From: Candidatus Saccharimonadota bacterium
Lineage (GTDB): Bacteria > Patescibacteriota > Saccharimonadia > Saccharimonadales > UBA4665
Assembly (NCBI GenBank): GCA_016700375.1
Contig: CP065016.1
Location: 900,001 to 932,000, forward strand
Direction of reading: 5' to 3'
DNA length: 32,000 nucleotides
The translations under genes and the position numbers were made by a program. The notes under the pieces are model-generated. The model was not told the DNA's origin, made no database searches, and saw only the letters and a program-made list of their open reading frames with translations. Shown one piece after another: positions 15,923 to 24,611 of the stretch (the stretch's first letter is position 1; each line of letters starts with the position of its first letter).

Positions 15923-17877
15923 TGTTCCCAGTTGATGGCATTCGTCTTGCCGCCGCCAAACTACGGACCCGACCCGTTCGTACAGGGATCGTGATTACAA
16001 TTGTGGCGCTCCTTTTTACAGGTATCGCAACAGTAGCGTTTATGATTAGCGGCATAGCTCAAAGCTTAAAGGGTTTTAGTAACGAGGGCTTGAGCAGCCG
16101 CTTTATCATTCAAGCTCGTCCCATTGTTGCCGGAAACTTGTGGAGTTCAAGTGACGATAAAGAGTTCATGGATCGTTTGCGCACTGAAACAGTTCGGCTG
16201 ACGAGCGAAAAAAAGGCAGCAGCGAAACGCCTAGGTATCACATACGACCCTGCGGTCGATCCCAATCTACCGACAATGCAGGGTGGTCCGAAAGGAAGCG
16301 AGGAGTATTACGTCAATGGGATGTCTCCAGTAGCAAATGCGCTCTTTGCTGAAAAAATGCGCACAGTACAGCACATTGATTACAATGATTTCGTTGCAAC
16401 AGCAACACAAGCAGGTGCGAAAAAAATCTACAAAAGTACGTACTATAGTGTGTTCGAAGGGCCGAGTATGCGCCTGGTCAATAGTTACATTCAGCCCATT
16501 AAAGACGGTAAAGAGACCCAAAAAGATACTACCGGCGGCCACGGCCCAACTGGCTTTGATACATTGACCAGCAATGGTTGGTCGGCCTTCGATAGTGACT
16601 TACTCCTCCCGTTTGTATTACCGGGCCAAAACTTAGCTCTAGGAAGGGACAATAGCGTGCCAGTTATTGCACCAATGAGTGTTGCGGAAGAGATATTGGG
16701 TATGACACCCCTGAACTCAACGGCGACATCAAGTCAGCGGCTTGAACGCCTCGTCACGGTTCGCAAGGCCATTGCTGGTAAAACTGCCCAGCTATGTTAC
16801 CGCAATGCGTCAAGCGCGGAGCTTATGCAGATAGCTCGCGATCAGGTTCGTGAAATGGCGGCCAACAAAGGTAAGCGTGATTTTCAACCGCCCGCACTCC
16901 AGTATGCGGTACCGGCAGAGGCATGTGGCGCGGTTGCTATCACAAAAGATACGCGCTCTGCTGAAGAGAAAAAGCAAGCTGCCAACGAGCTCGCATTCAA
17001 GAAACAATACGAGGCGTACCCAGACCCAGTTCAGTCAATCGTTCCTGTGCGAATCGTGGGTCTTGTACCCGACCAAAACTATGAGTTTGGCTTTAGCGTG
17101 CGTTCACTTGCATCGTCTATATTGCAATCAAGTCTTGGTAGCGGTTGGTTCTCACCTGTAAACGTCATAAAGCCTGATTCCAGCATTGCAAACTTTGTTA
17201 CCGCGTATGACAAAGCGTTGCCCACGGAACGGGCGTACTATGCAGAATTCGCGACCCTGGCAGAGGCTCGTTCATTTGTAAAAAATAAGACATGTTCAGT
17301 TGAATCAAACGGTATGATGCCACCCGGCCAAGACGCTGGTCGTGCCCAAAAATGTTATGCGGCAGGAAAATATTTCGACATGAAACCATTTGGCAGCAAT
17401 GCGGCTGCTATAGAGGATTTACGCCAAAGCGTGTGGAAGGTCATGAAGTATGTGACGCTCGTGGTCGTCGTCTTGGCTACTTTGGTACTTATGGGCATTG
17501 TGGGGAAAATTATAGCCGACAGCCGACGCGAAACAGCTGTATTTCGTGCGCTCGGTGCGACACGAAACGATATTCGTCAAGTCTACCTTACATACACGAT
17601 ATATCTCGGTATTGGGATTACGCTCATAGCATTGTGTTTTGGCGCAATCATCTCGCTCTGGCTTAGTGGCAAATATTCACAAGACATCAGTACTTCTGCC
17701 GTCCTTGCGTATAATGCTGCTGACGTAAACAGAAAATTTGTATTGTTTGGGGTGGATGGTCAGCTTATGGTTGCGATTGCGGCTATTATCGTTGCGTCGG
17801 CATTGTTTAGCGCTCTGCTCCCACTGGCCACAAACTTGGGGCGCAACCCCATCCGTGACATGCGTGATGAAAACTAG
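15919..17877 (+). CDS. MacB/FtsX-type ABC permease with ~460-aa extracytoplasmic domain
   Basis: ATGA overlap with the ATPase gene; TM1 at aa ~24-46; large hydrophilic domain at aa ~48-510; C-terminal FtsX-type three-TM bundle (ETAVFRALGATRNDIRQVYL...). Confidence 0.8.
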   Translation: MMFPVDGIRLAAAKLRTRPVRTGIVITIVALLFTGIATVAFMISGIAQSLKGFSNEGLSSRFIIQARPIVAGNLWSSSDDKEFMDRLRTETVRLTSEKKAAAKRLGITYDPAVDPNLPTMQGGPKGSEEYYVNGMSPVANALFAEKMRTVQHIDYNDFVATATQAGAKKIYKSTYYSVFEGPSMRLVNSYIQPIKDGKETQKDTTGGHGPTGFDTLTSNGWSAFDSDLLLPFVLPGQNLALGRDNSVPVIAPMSVAEEILGMTPLNSTATSSQRLERLVTVRKAIAGKTAQLCYRNASSAELMQIARDQVREMAANKGKRDFQPPALQYAVPAEACGAVAITKDTRSAEEKKQAANELAFKKQYEAYPDPVQSIVPVRIVGLVPDQNYEFGFSVRSLASSILQSSLGSGWFSPVNVIKPDSSIANFVTAYDKALPTERAYYAEFATLAEARSFVKNKTCSVESNGMMPPGQDAGRAQKCYAAGKYFDMKPFGSNAAAIEDLRQSVWKVMKYVTLVVVVLATLVLMGIVGKIIADSRRETAVFRALGATRNDIRQVYLTYTIYLGIGITLIALCFGAIISLWLSGKYSQDISTSAVLAYNAADVNRKFVLFGVDGQLMVAIAAIIVASALFSALLPLATNLGRNPIRDMRDEN

Positions 17878-17974
17878 ACATAAGACCGTGTCGGGTGAAT
17901 CTCTTCTCTGTTAAAAAGTGTATCCTAGGTGAAATCGTCGAAAAAGTCACGTATCTGTTGTATACTAGTTCGAC

Positions 17975-19843
17975 ATGGAGACAAAATCACCCCGTTCAAG
18001 CGGTAAGCGGCCTGCAGGCAAGCGTACCGGGAAAAACATAGGCTTTATAGCCCTCATTGCACTGTTTACACTCATCGCGGTTTCGGCAATGAACCAACCG
18101 ACGGCACTCAAAGAAATCCCATTCTCGCAGGCTGTCAAAGAAGCAAATGCTGGCAAGTATAACCAAATAGAAGTTAATGGTTCTCAGCTTGTTATCACGG
18201 AAAAGAACAAGGAAAAGCCAACGCTAAAATCACGGCTCGAGGATGGCGCTACCACTGTGGACGTGGGCATCAAGAGCGACAAAGTGAAGATTACGGCCAA
18301 GCCGTCTAGCTCGACCACCTCGAACATTGTCGGTTTTGGGCTGACCACCATTGTGCCAGTGCTGCTTATAGGGGCATTACTGGTTTGGATGATGCGCAGT
18401 GCGCAGGGGCAGGGTAACCAAGCGCTTAGTTTCGGAAAATCTCGCGCCCGACTGTATGGCAACGAAAAAGACAAAGTTACCTTTAAGGAAATAGCTGGAC
18501 AGGGCGAGGCCAAACAAGATTTAGAAGAAGTAGTGGAGTTCCTGAAGTTTCCCAAAAAGTTTTCGGCACTTGGTGCAAAAATTCCAAAGGGCGTACTACT
18601 GGTCGGGCCACCCGGAACCGGTAAAACCATGCTTGCCCGCGCCGTCGCTGGCGAAGCTGGCGTGCCATTTTTCAGTATTTCCGGTTCTGAATTTGTAGAG
18701 ATGTTTGTGGGTGTTGGTGCGTCACGCGTGCGTGACCTGTTTGCCAAAGCAAAGAAAAACGCACCGTGCATCATATTTGTCGACGAAATTGACGCCGTTG
18801 GCCGCCGCCGCGGCAGTGGTATGGGTGGTGGTCATGATGAGCGCGAACAAACACTCAACCAAATTTTGGTAGAAATGGATGGGTTTGAACAGGGGCAAAA
18901 CGTCATAGTGCTTGCCGCTACCAACCGAGCCGATGTGCTGGACCCAGCGTTGCTTCGCCCGGGGCGTTTTGACCGCCGTGTGATGATTGGCCTGCCAGAA
19001 CGAGCTGACCGCTTGGCGGTGCTACAGATTCACTTCAAAGACAAGCCGCTTGCCAAAGACGTTGACCTAGATGCCCTTGCCGCCAAAACAGCTGGCTCTT
19101 CCGGTGCAGATCTAGCAAACATTGCCAATGAAGCGGCGATTATTGCTGCTAGAAATAACCACAACCAGATTACACAAGAAGATGTGACTGAAGCTTTTGA
19201 GCGCGTGGCGATTGGCCCGGAGCGCAAGAGCAAGGTTATGAACGAGAAAGAAAAAGAACTCACCGCGTATCACGAAGCTGGGCATGCCATTGTTGGGCAT
19301 GTGTTGCCAGACAGTGATGTCGTGCACAAAGTTACCATCATACCTCGTGGTGGTACTGGCGGCGTGACTTGGTTTATCCCTCCTGAAGACAAGAGCTACC
19401 ACAGCATTCTCGAATACAAAGATGTGCTGGCTCGTATGCTGGGTGGTCGTATAGCTGAGGAAATTATGTATGGGAAAGACCGCGTAACTACTGGTGCCGG
19501 CAATGACCTCCAGAAAGCCGCCGAACTGGCGCGCGAAATGGTTACCAAACAGGGTATGGGAAGTAAACTTCGCGACCAAGTGTTCCACGCCGAAGAGGGC
19601 ATTATGATGGAGCGCATCATGCACGAACGCGAATACTCTGACGAAACGGCCAAAATTATTGACGACGAAGTCGAAGCACTTATAACAGAGGCGGCCCAGC
19701 GTGCCCGTGGGGTAATAAATGCAAACATGGCACAGCTGAAAAAGCTAAAAGACGCCTTGCTGGAAAAAGAAACCGTCGAAGCAGAAGAAGTCGCTAAGCT
19801 ATTTGATGGTTCGCATCTGCCTAAAGAAGCCGCGCTGTACTAA
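17975..19843 (+). CDS. ftsH: ATP-dependent zinc metalloprotease FtsH
   Basis: Two N-terminal TMs, AAA+ Walker A GPPGTGKT, Walker [12 protein letters not shown], zinc site HEAGHA; 622 aa. Confidence 0.95.
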   Translation: METKSPRSSGKRPAGKRTGKNIGFIALIALFTLIAVSAMNQPTALKEIPFSQAVKEANAGKYNQIEVNGSQLVITEKNKEKPTLKSRLEDGATTVDVGIKSDKVKITAKPSSSTTSNIVGFGLTTIVPVLLIGALLVWMMRSAQGQGNQALSFGKSRARLYGNEKDKVTFKEIAGQGEAKQDLEEVVEFLKFPKKFSALGAKIPKGVLLVGPPGTGKTMLARAVAGEAGVPFFSISGSEFVEMFVGVGASRVRDLFAKAKKNAPCIIFVDEIDAVGRRRGSGMGGGHDEREQTLNQILVEMDGFEQGQNVIVLAATNRADVLDPALLRPGRFDRRVMIGLPERADRLAVLQIHFKDKPLAKDVDLDALAAKTAGSSGADLANIANEAAIIAARNNHNQITQEDVTEAFERVAIGPERKSKVMNEKEKELTAYHEAGHAIVGHVLPDSDVVHKVTIIPRGGTGGVTWFIPPEDKSYHSILEYKDVLARMLGGRIAEEIMYGKDRVTTGAGNDLQKAAELAREMVTKQGMGSKLRDQVFHAEEGIMMERIMHEREYSDETAKIIDDEVEALITEAAQRARGVINANMAQLKKLKDALLEKETVEAEEVAKLFDGSHLPKEAALY

Positions 19844-20262
19844 CTGGTTTGGGCTCGAACAATAGCTTCTACGACCGCCAATTCGAGTGTTGCACCGGGA
19901 TACTCACCACGGACCGCAACGGTAGCTTCTGGTTGAGTTTCATCAGGAATAAAGGTACCATCTTCAGATAAAGTGCCAAAAACAAGCACACCGAGCATAC
20001 TATTCATAGTGAGCGTCGGAGGGGTATAGTCGGTTCTAAGAGTCCCGTCCCGTGGGCTGGAATCTAAGTCGACTGTGAGGCTTGCGTATTGTGCTAGACT
20101 GGCATTTCCACTAAATGGCCACCATCTGCGGTCTTTTCTGGTATTTGGTACTAGTTTTCCCCAAACTGCGCCCCCTACTGCAACTTGTTCGGAGTCTGGG
20201 CCAGATGTGGGATGAAACGAATATCGAATAGGCGCGAGCTCGCCATTTTTTGATTTAGACAT
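19840..20262 (-). CDS. hypothetical soluble 140-aa protein
   Basis: ORF with a TGtTATAAT extended -10 6 nt upstream of its ATG; no TM or signal peptide; no family recognised. Its stop overlaps the ftsH stop (CTAA). Confidence 0.45.
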   Translation of the reverse strand: MSKSKNGELAPIRYSFHPTSGPDSEQVAVGGAVWGKLVPNTRKDRRWWPFSGNASLAQYASLTVDLDSSPRDGTLRTDYTPPTLTMNSMLGVLVFGTLSEDGTFIPDETQPEATVAVRGEYPGATLELAVVEAIVRAQTS

Positions 20263-20263
20263 A

Positions 20264-20274
20264 GTATAATTATA
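20264..20274. promoter_or_regulatory. second copy of the palindromic bidirectional -10 element GTATAATTATA
   Basis: TATAAT on plus (20265-20270) and on minus (20269-20274). The minus copy is 6 nt before ATG 20262. The plus copy would give a ~70-nt leader with AGGAGG before the ATPase gene. Confidence 0.5.
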
Positions 20275-20348
20275 ACATATTTATTGAATAAATTACAAAT
20301 CATGGAAACGCGGCTATTTTTCATACACGAAAAGTGAGACAATAGGAG

Positions 20349-22937
20349 GTGAAACCGCTTACGGAGCGGGAATTCACTATGGCGGGAAAACTATTTGGAA
20401 AGGCCGAAGAGCCAACGCATGATGATACAGGGGTGGTACTACTCCTGCAGGTGCCACGCACCAACGATAAAAAAGAACTGGCGGCCGAGCAAATGTTCGC
20501 CAGTCTGCACGGGCTACTTACCATACCCACGCCAGGTATCTTAAAGGCGGCCAAACGCGAACGGCTTAGTTTTGAAATAGCCGTGCGCGGAAAACGGATT
20601 GGTTTTTATGTGTGGGTACCGCGCTACCTAGTAAGTTACGTGGAAGAACAAATCTATGCACAGTATCCCACAGTCCATATAACTGAGGTGGAAGATTATG
20701 CGGCACATAATCCCGAGGAGCAGTATTCGACCCAGCTTGTGACCGAACTGCGGTTTACAGGGAATAATGCTTTGCCCATAAAGACTTTTCAAAGTTTCGA
20801 GGTAGATCCACTTGCGGCCATTACCGCGACGCTTGCCAAGTTTAGCGATGACGAAGAGGCGTGGCTGCAGCTACTCATTCGTCCCGCCAGTCAAAACTGG
20901 CATAGAGCCAGCGAACGCTATGTCGCGAAGATGAAAGGGCAGTCCAGCATGACAACCACCGGCATGCTTAGTGTGCTGTGGGCGCCACCAGAAACGAAAG
21001 CAGATGCCGCCAAACTAACCGACGACCAGCAAACGCGTATAAGTGCCGCAGAACAAAAAACCCAGAAGTTGGCGTTTGAAACCCAGGTGCGGATTGTTTA
21101 CCGGGGGAACACTCTGAAACAGCAGGCACAGCTGCAAATGCAGTCAATTGTCGCTAGTTACAAGCAGTTCAATAGTACATACCTGAATGGCTTTGAGGCC
21201 AAGCGGATTATTGACGACCCGTTTCTGATTGCACATTTTCGCAGTCGGGCGTTTAACAAGGTCGGGTTTATGTGCAATATTGAAGAAGTTGCCACTCTGT
21301 ATCACTTGCCGCACACCACGGTAGAAACACCGTACATCATGTGGGCAACCAGTCAAACGGCCGAGCCGCCAGCAAACCTCCCCGTTGTCTCGGCAGCTAC
21401 GCAGGATACGCTCAGTCCCCTCGCTGCCACGAACTTTCGTGGACACAACACTATGTTTGGCATGCCGCGCACCGACCGAGGCCGACATCTGTACATTATT
21501 GGGCAGACGGGTACGGGCAAATCAGGCCTCCTTGAGCTGCTCACTATCTCCGACATATATAGTCCCTACGGTTTTGCAGTTATCGATCCGCACGGTGACT
21601 ATGCTCAAAATATATTAAAACGAATACCGCCCGAACGCGCGGCCGACGTCGTTTACTTCAACCCCGCCGACACAGACTTTCCTATGGGTTTCAACCCACT
21701 CGAAATCTACGACCCAAAGCTTAAAACCCACACCTCATCTGAGCTGATTGGTGTTATTAAGCGCATGTTTGAGTATAGTTGGGGGCCACGGCTCGAATAT
21801 ATTTTGCGCTATTGTCTGCTCGCCCTGCTCGATTATCCGCAAGCGACCATGTTAGACATAACCCGCATGCTCACCGAAAAAAAATTCCGCAGCGATGTGC
21901 TCCAGTATGTTACCGACCCAGTGGTACGCAATTTCTGGACGATTGAATTCGCCAGCTGGAACGAAAAATTCATGACCGAAGCGGTTGCGCCCATTTTAAA
22001 CAAAGTTGGCGCGTTTACAGCAAATCCGCTCGTGCGTAATATCATTGGCCAGCCGAAAAGCAGTTTCAATATCCGTCAAATTATGGATGAGAAGAAAATT
22101 CTTATCGTAAACCTTAGCCGTGGGCTTGTTGGCGAAGACAACGCGGCGCTACTTGGTGCGCTGCTTGTAACAAAAGTGCAAATGGCGGCAATGTCTCGGG
22201 CAGATATACAAGGAGAACAACGTACACCGTTCTACCTGTACGTCGATGAGTTCCAGAATTTTGCGACCGATTCGTTTGCTACCATCCTGAGCGAAGCACG
22301 CAAATATGGCCTAAACCTCACCGTTGCAAACCAGTATATTGCCCAAATGCTCCCAGAAGTAAAAGACGCAGTATTTGGTAACGTGGGGTCTATCATTAGC
22401 TTCCGAACCAGTGCAGACGATGCGAGCACCATGATGAAATATTTTGAGCCGAAGTTTACCGACCACGATATGGTTCACATGCACAACCGTCACTTTGCGG
22501 TGAGTATGACCATAGGGGGAGAAAAAGTCCAAGCGTTCTCCGCCATAAGCTTAAACTTGCCCGGTTTTCCGTTTGATTATAGCCAGCATATTATTGACCA
22601 TAGTCGCTCGCTGTATGCGCAGCAGAGAAGCGCTGTAGAACGGTTTATTGGTGAGCGCTACGGCCTCTCCGGGTCGGTCGCGGCTGTACCGCAGGCAAAA
22701 CCATCAGTCACGCCAGCTAGCGGGGTTACGCAGCCCAAAACAGAGCCCGCAACAAACCAGAAGGTAACAAGCGTTGTAAAAACGGTTATTTCCTCGAGCA
22801 CAACAAAGGAGGAGCCAGCAAAGACTAAACGCAAACGGGTTCGGAAGCGTAAAAAAACATCTACTCCTGCTGCATCGCCCGAACACACTAACAACAATGG
22901 CGTATTGTCTGAAGAGCATGTTGTTCATTTAAAGTAA
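20349..22937 (+). CDS. TraD/VirD4/TrwB-like (type IV coupling protein-like) P-loop ATPase with uncharacterised N-terminal domain and basic disordered tail
   Basis: Walker A GQTGTGKS (aa 385-392, nt 21501-21524) in RHLYIIGQTGTGKSGLL...VIDPHGDY; Walker B FYLYVDEFQNF (aa ~628-638); ARKYGLNLTVANQ and SIISFR blocks as in the TraG-D_C region; no N-terminal TMs. Start uncertain: GTG 20349 overlaps the AGGAGG, and ATG 20379 is the alternative. Confidence 0.75.
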   Translation: MKPLTEREFTMAGKLFGKAEEPTHDDTGVVLLLQVPRTNDKKELAAEQMFASLHGLLTIPTPGILKAAKRERLSFEIAVRGKRIGFYVWVPRYLVSYVEEQIYAQYPTVHITEVEDYAAHNPEEQYSTQLVTELRFTGNNALPIKTFQSFEVDPLAAITATLAKFSDDEEAWLQLLIRPASQNWHRASERYVAKMKGQSSMTTTGMLSVLWAPPETKADAAKLTDDQQTRISAAEQKTQKLAFETQVRIVYRGNTLKQQAQLQMQSIVASYKQFNSTYLNGFEAKRIIDDPFLIAHFRSRAFNKVGFMCNIEEVATLYHLPHTTVETPYIMWATSQTAEPPANLPVVSAATQDTLSPLAATNFRGHNTMFGMPRTDRGRHLYIIGQTGTGKSGLLELLTISDIYSPYGFAVIDPHGDYAQNILKRIPPERAADVVYFNPADTDFPMGFNPLEIYDPKLKTHTSSELIGVIKRMFEYSWGPRLEYILRYCLLALLDYPQATMLDITRMLTEKKFRSDVLQYVTDPVVRNFWTIEFASWNEKFMTEAVAPILNKVGAFTANPLVRNIIGQPKSSFNIRQIMDEKKILIVNLSRGLVGEDNAALLGALLVTKVQMAAMSRADIQGEQRTPFYLYVDEFQNFATDSFATILSEARKYGLNLTVANQYIAQMLPEVKDAVFGNVGSIISFRTSADDASTMMKYFEPKFTDHDMVHMHNRHFAVSMTIGGEKVQAFSAISLNLPGFPFDYSQHIIDHSRSLYAQQRSAVERFIGERYGLSGSVAAVPQAKPSVTPASGVTQPKTEPATNQKVTSVVKTVISSSTTKEEPAKTKRKRVRKRKKTSTPAASPEHTNNNGVLSEEHVVHLK

Positions 22938-22977
22938 GTGACTTCATGCCCGCCGGAGAGCTATACTACGTAGAGAT

Positions 22978-24579
22978 ATGCGAATAGCGACACGAAAATG
23001 GAAACGCATCAGTTTCGGCAATGCCGCTATGCTGCTCATGGGAGCGGCCCTTATTTCCCAAGTTCTCGGGTTTTTTCGGACCAAATTGGTGAATGCAAAC
23101 TACGGTGACCTCGCTATAACCGACCCACAAAACGCCGGGGTGTACTTTGCGGCATTTGTGTTGCCAGACTTCTTTTTCTTTATCATTGCAGCAGGTGCTC
23201 TTGGTGTGGCAGTTATGCCTTATTTGAATGACAAACTGGCAAAGGGTGACCGGCGGGGTGTTTGGGAGCTGGCAACGAGCCTCATTAATTTCCTTGGCAT
23301 ATTTTTGGCAATCGTCGGTGTGTTTATGTTTATATTTGCAGACGTGCTTGCGAAGAAGCTCACGCACGGTTACACCGCAGAGCAGCTCCACAATGTCGCA
23401 ACCATGATGCGGATACTTGCGCTGAACCCCATGTTGTTTACCATTTCGGGCATAATTGCTTCGACCCAACAGGTTTTTGGCAGGTTTTTCTTCTATGCAA
23501 CAGCGCCCATATTCTATAACGTCAGTATTATTGTCAGCTTGTATATATTTAAAGATAGTGTTGGCATAGTTGGGCTTGCTATAGGTGCAGCAATTGGCGC
23601 ACTTTTACAGCTGCTGGTTATACTGATTGGTGTTTCGGGGCTTGGCTTTCATTGGTCGCCGTCTATCAAGCGCTCGCACGATTTTCGCTCCATGCTGAAA
23701 CAGTTGCCACCACGGTCACTAGACCAAGGCCTTGACCAAGTGCAGAGTATTGTTGAAACAAATCTCGCATCTGCGCAGCAGCTTGGCGGGGCAAAAGCTG
23801 TTGCCGACTACAACACCGCGTACGTGCTGCATACTGCACCAATTTTGCTCATCGGTACCGCCATATCTACAGCAGTGTTTCCGCGTCTCAATACGCGCTT
23901 AAGCCAGGGCAGGCCCGACTTATTCCGGCAAGATTTTCTTCGTACGCTACGGCTCATCATATGGATAATATTGCCAGTTGTGGTTATAAGCTTTTTTGGT
24001 CGAGGCTACCTGGCGCGCCTAATTTTTTCGCGGAATACAAGTGGTGACATTGCTATCATTTTTGGTGCGCTGTGTGTGGCAATACTGTTTAGAACCATTT
24101 TTGCCATTATTTCGCGCTGGTTTTACGCTCAGAAAGACACTCGGACGCCGCTCGTTGTCTCTATATTTGTAATTGGCCTTAACGTTGTTTTGGCGTATGA
24201 ACTTTCACGTCCGTATAGTTATGGGGTGGTTGGACTAGCCATAGCCCAGTCCATTGTGGCGGCTGTGGAAGTAACTGTGCTTGGCGCCATTATGCTCAAA
24301 CGTGACCGTAAGTTGTTTGACGCAGAGTTTTGGAGCGGTATATTCCGCATAATATCGGTGACGGGCTTTAGTCTTGTGGCCGGGTTTATAGCCGTCCAAT
24401 TCCTACCGCTTATGACGGCCGATAAGGGGCTTGTTTTACTGTACAAACTAAGCGCAATTGCTGGCGCAACTATTACAACACACCTGGTTGTTTCGGCACT
24501 ATTTGGGCTTAGTGAAGCACGGGAATTCTTTGCTTCGGTGAAACGGTTCGTGATGAAACCAGTCAAAATTGAATATTAA
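22978..24579 (+). CDS. murJ: lipid II flippase MurJ
   Basis: 533-aa polytopic MOP-superfamily protein with the typical MurJ N-terminal region (GNAAMLLMGAALISQVLGFFRTKLVNANYG) and 14-helix-type hydrophobicity. Confidence 0.85.
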   Translation: MRIATRKWKRISFGNAAMLLMGAALISQVLGFFRTKLVNANYGDLAITDPQNAGVYFAAFVLPDFFFFIIAAGALGVAVMPYLNDKLAKGDRRGVWELATSLINFLGIFLAIVGVFMFIFADVLAKKLTHGYTAEQLHNVATMMRILALNPMLFTISGIIASTQQVFGRFFFYATAPIFYNVSIIVSLYIFKDSVGIVGLAIGAAIGALLQLLVILIGVSGLGFHWSPSIKRSHDFRSMLKQLPPRSLDQGLDQVQSIVETNLASAQQLGGAKAVADYNTAYVLHTAPILLIGTAISTAVFPRLNTRLSQGRPDLFRQDFLRTLRLIIWIILPVVVISFFGRGYLARLIFSRNTSGDIAIIFGALCVAILFRTIFAIISRWFYAQKDTRTPLVVSIFVIGLNVVLAYELSRPYSYGVVGLAIAQSIVAAVEVTVLGAIMLKRDRKLFDAEFWSGIFRIISVTGFSLVAGFIAVQFLPLMTADKGLVLLYKLSAIAGATITTHLVVSALFGLSEAREFFASVKRFVMKPVKIEY

Positions 24580-24611
24580 ATCCAGCCCACCTCTGTTATA
24601 CTGTCCAGAAC

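Noticed and set aside
18184-18774. 196-aa antisense ORF inside ftsH, and the many similar antisense or out-of-frame ORFs in the track (319-627, 7073-7432, 7784-8146, 9267-9740, 19112-19624 and others)
   Set aside because: They lie entirely within strongly supported genes on the other strand or frame, have low-complexity Ser/Pro/Arg/Ala-rich products, and have no promoter or SD of their own. They are typical shadow ORFs.
20349-20378. GTG 20349 as the definite start of the TraD-like ATPase
   Set aside because: The GTG overlaps the AGGAGG (20344-20349), leaving no spacer. ATG 20379 is in frame but is 30 nt from that SD, with only a weak GGAG 12 nt upstream. The start is left ambiguous rather than asserted.
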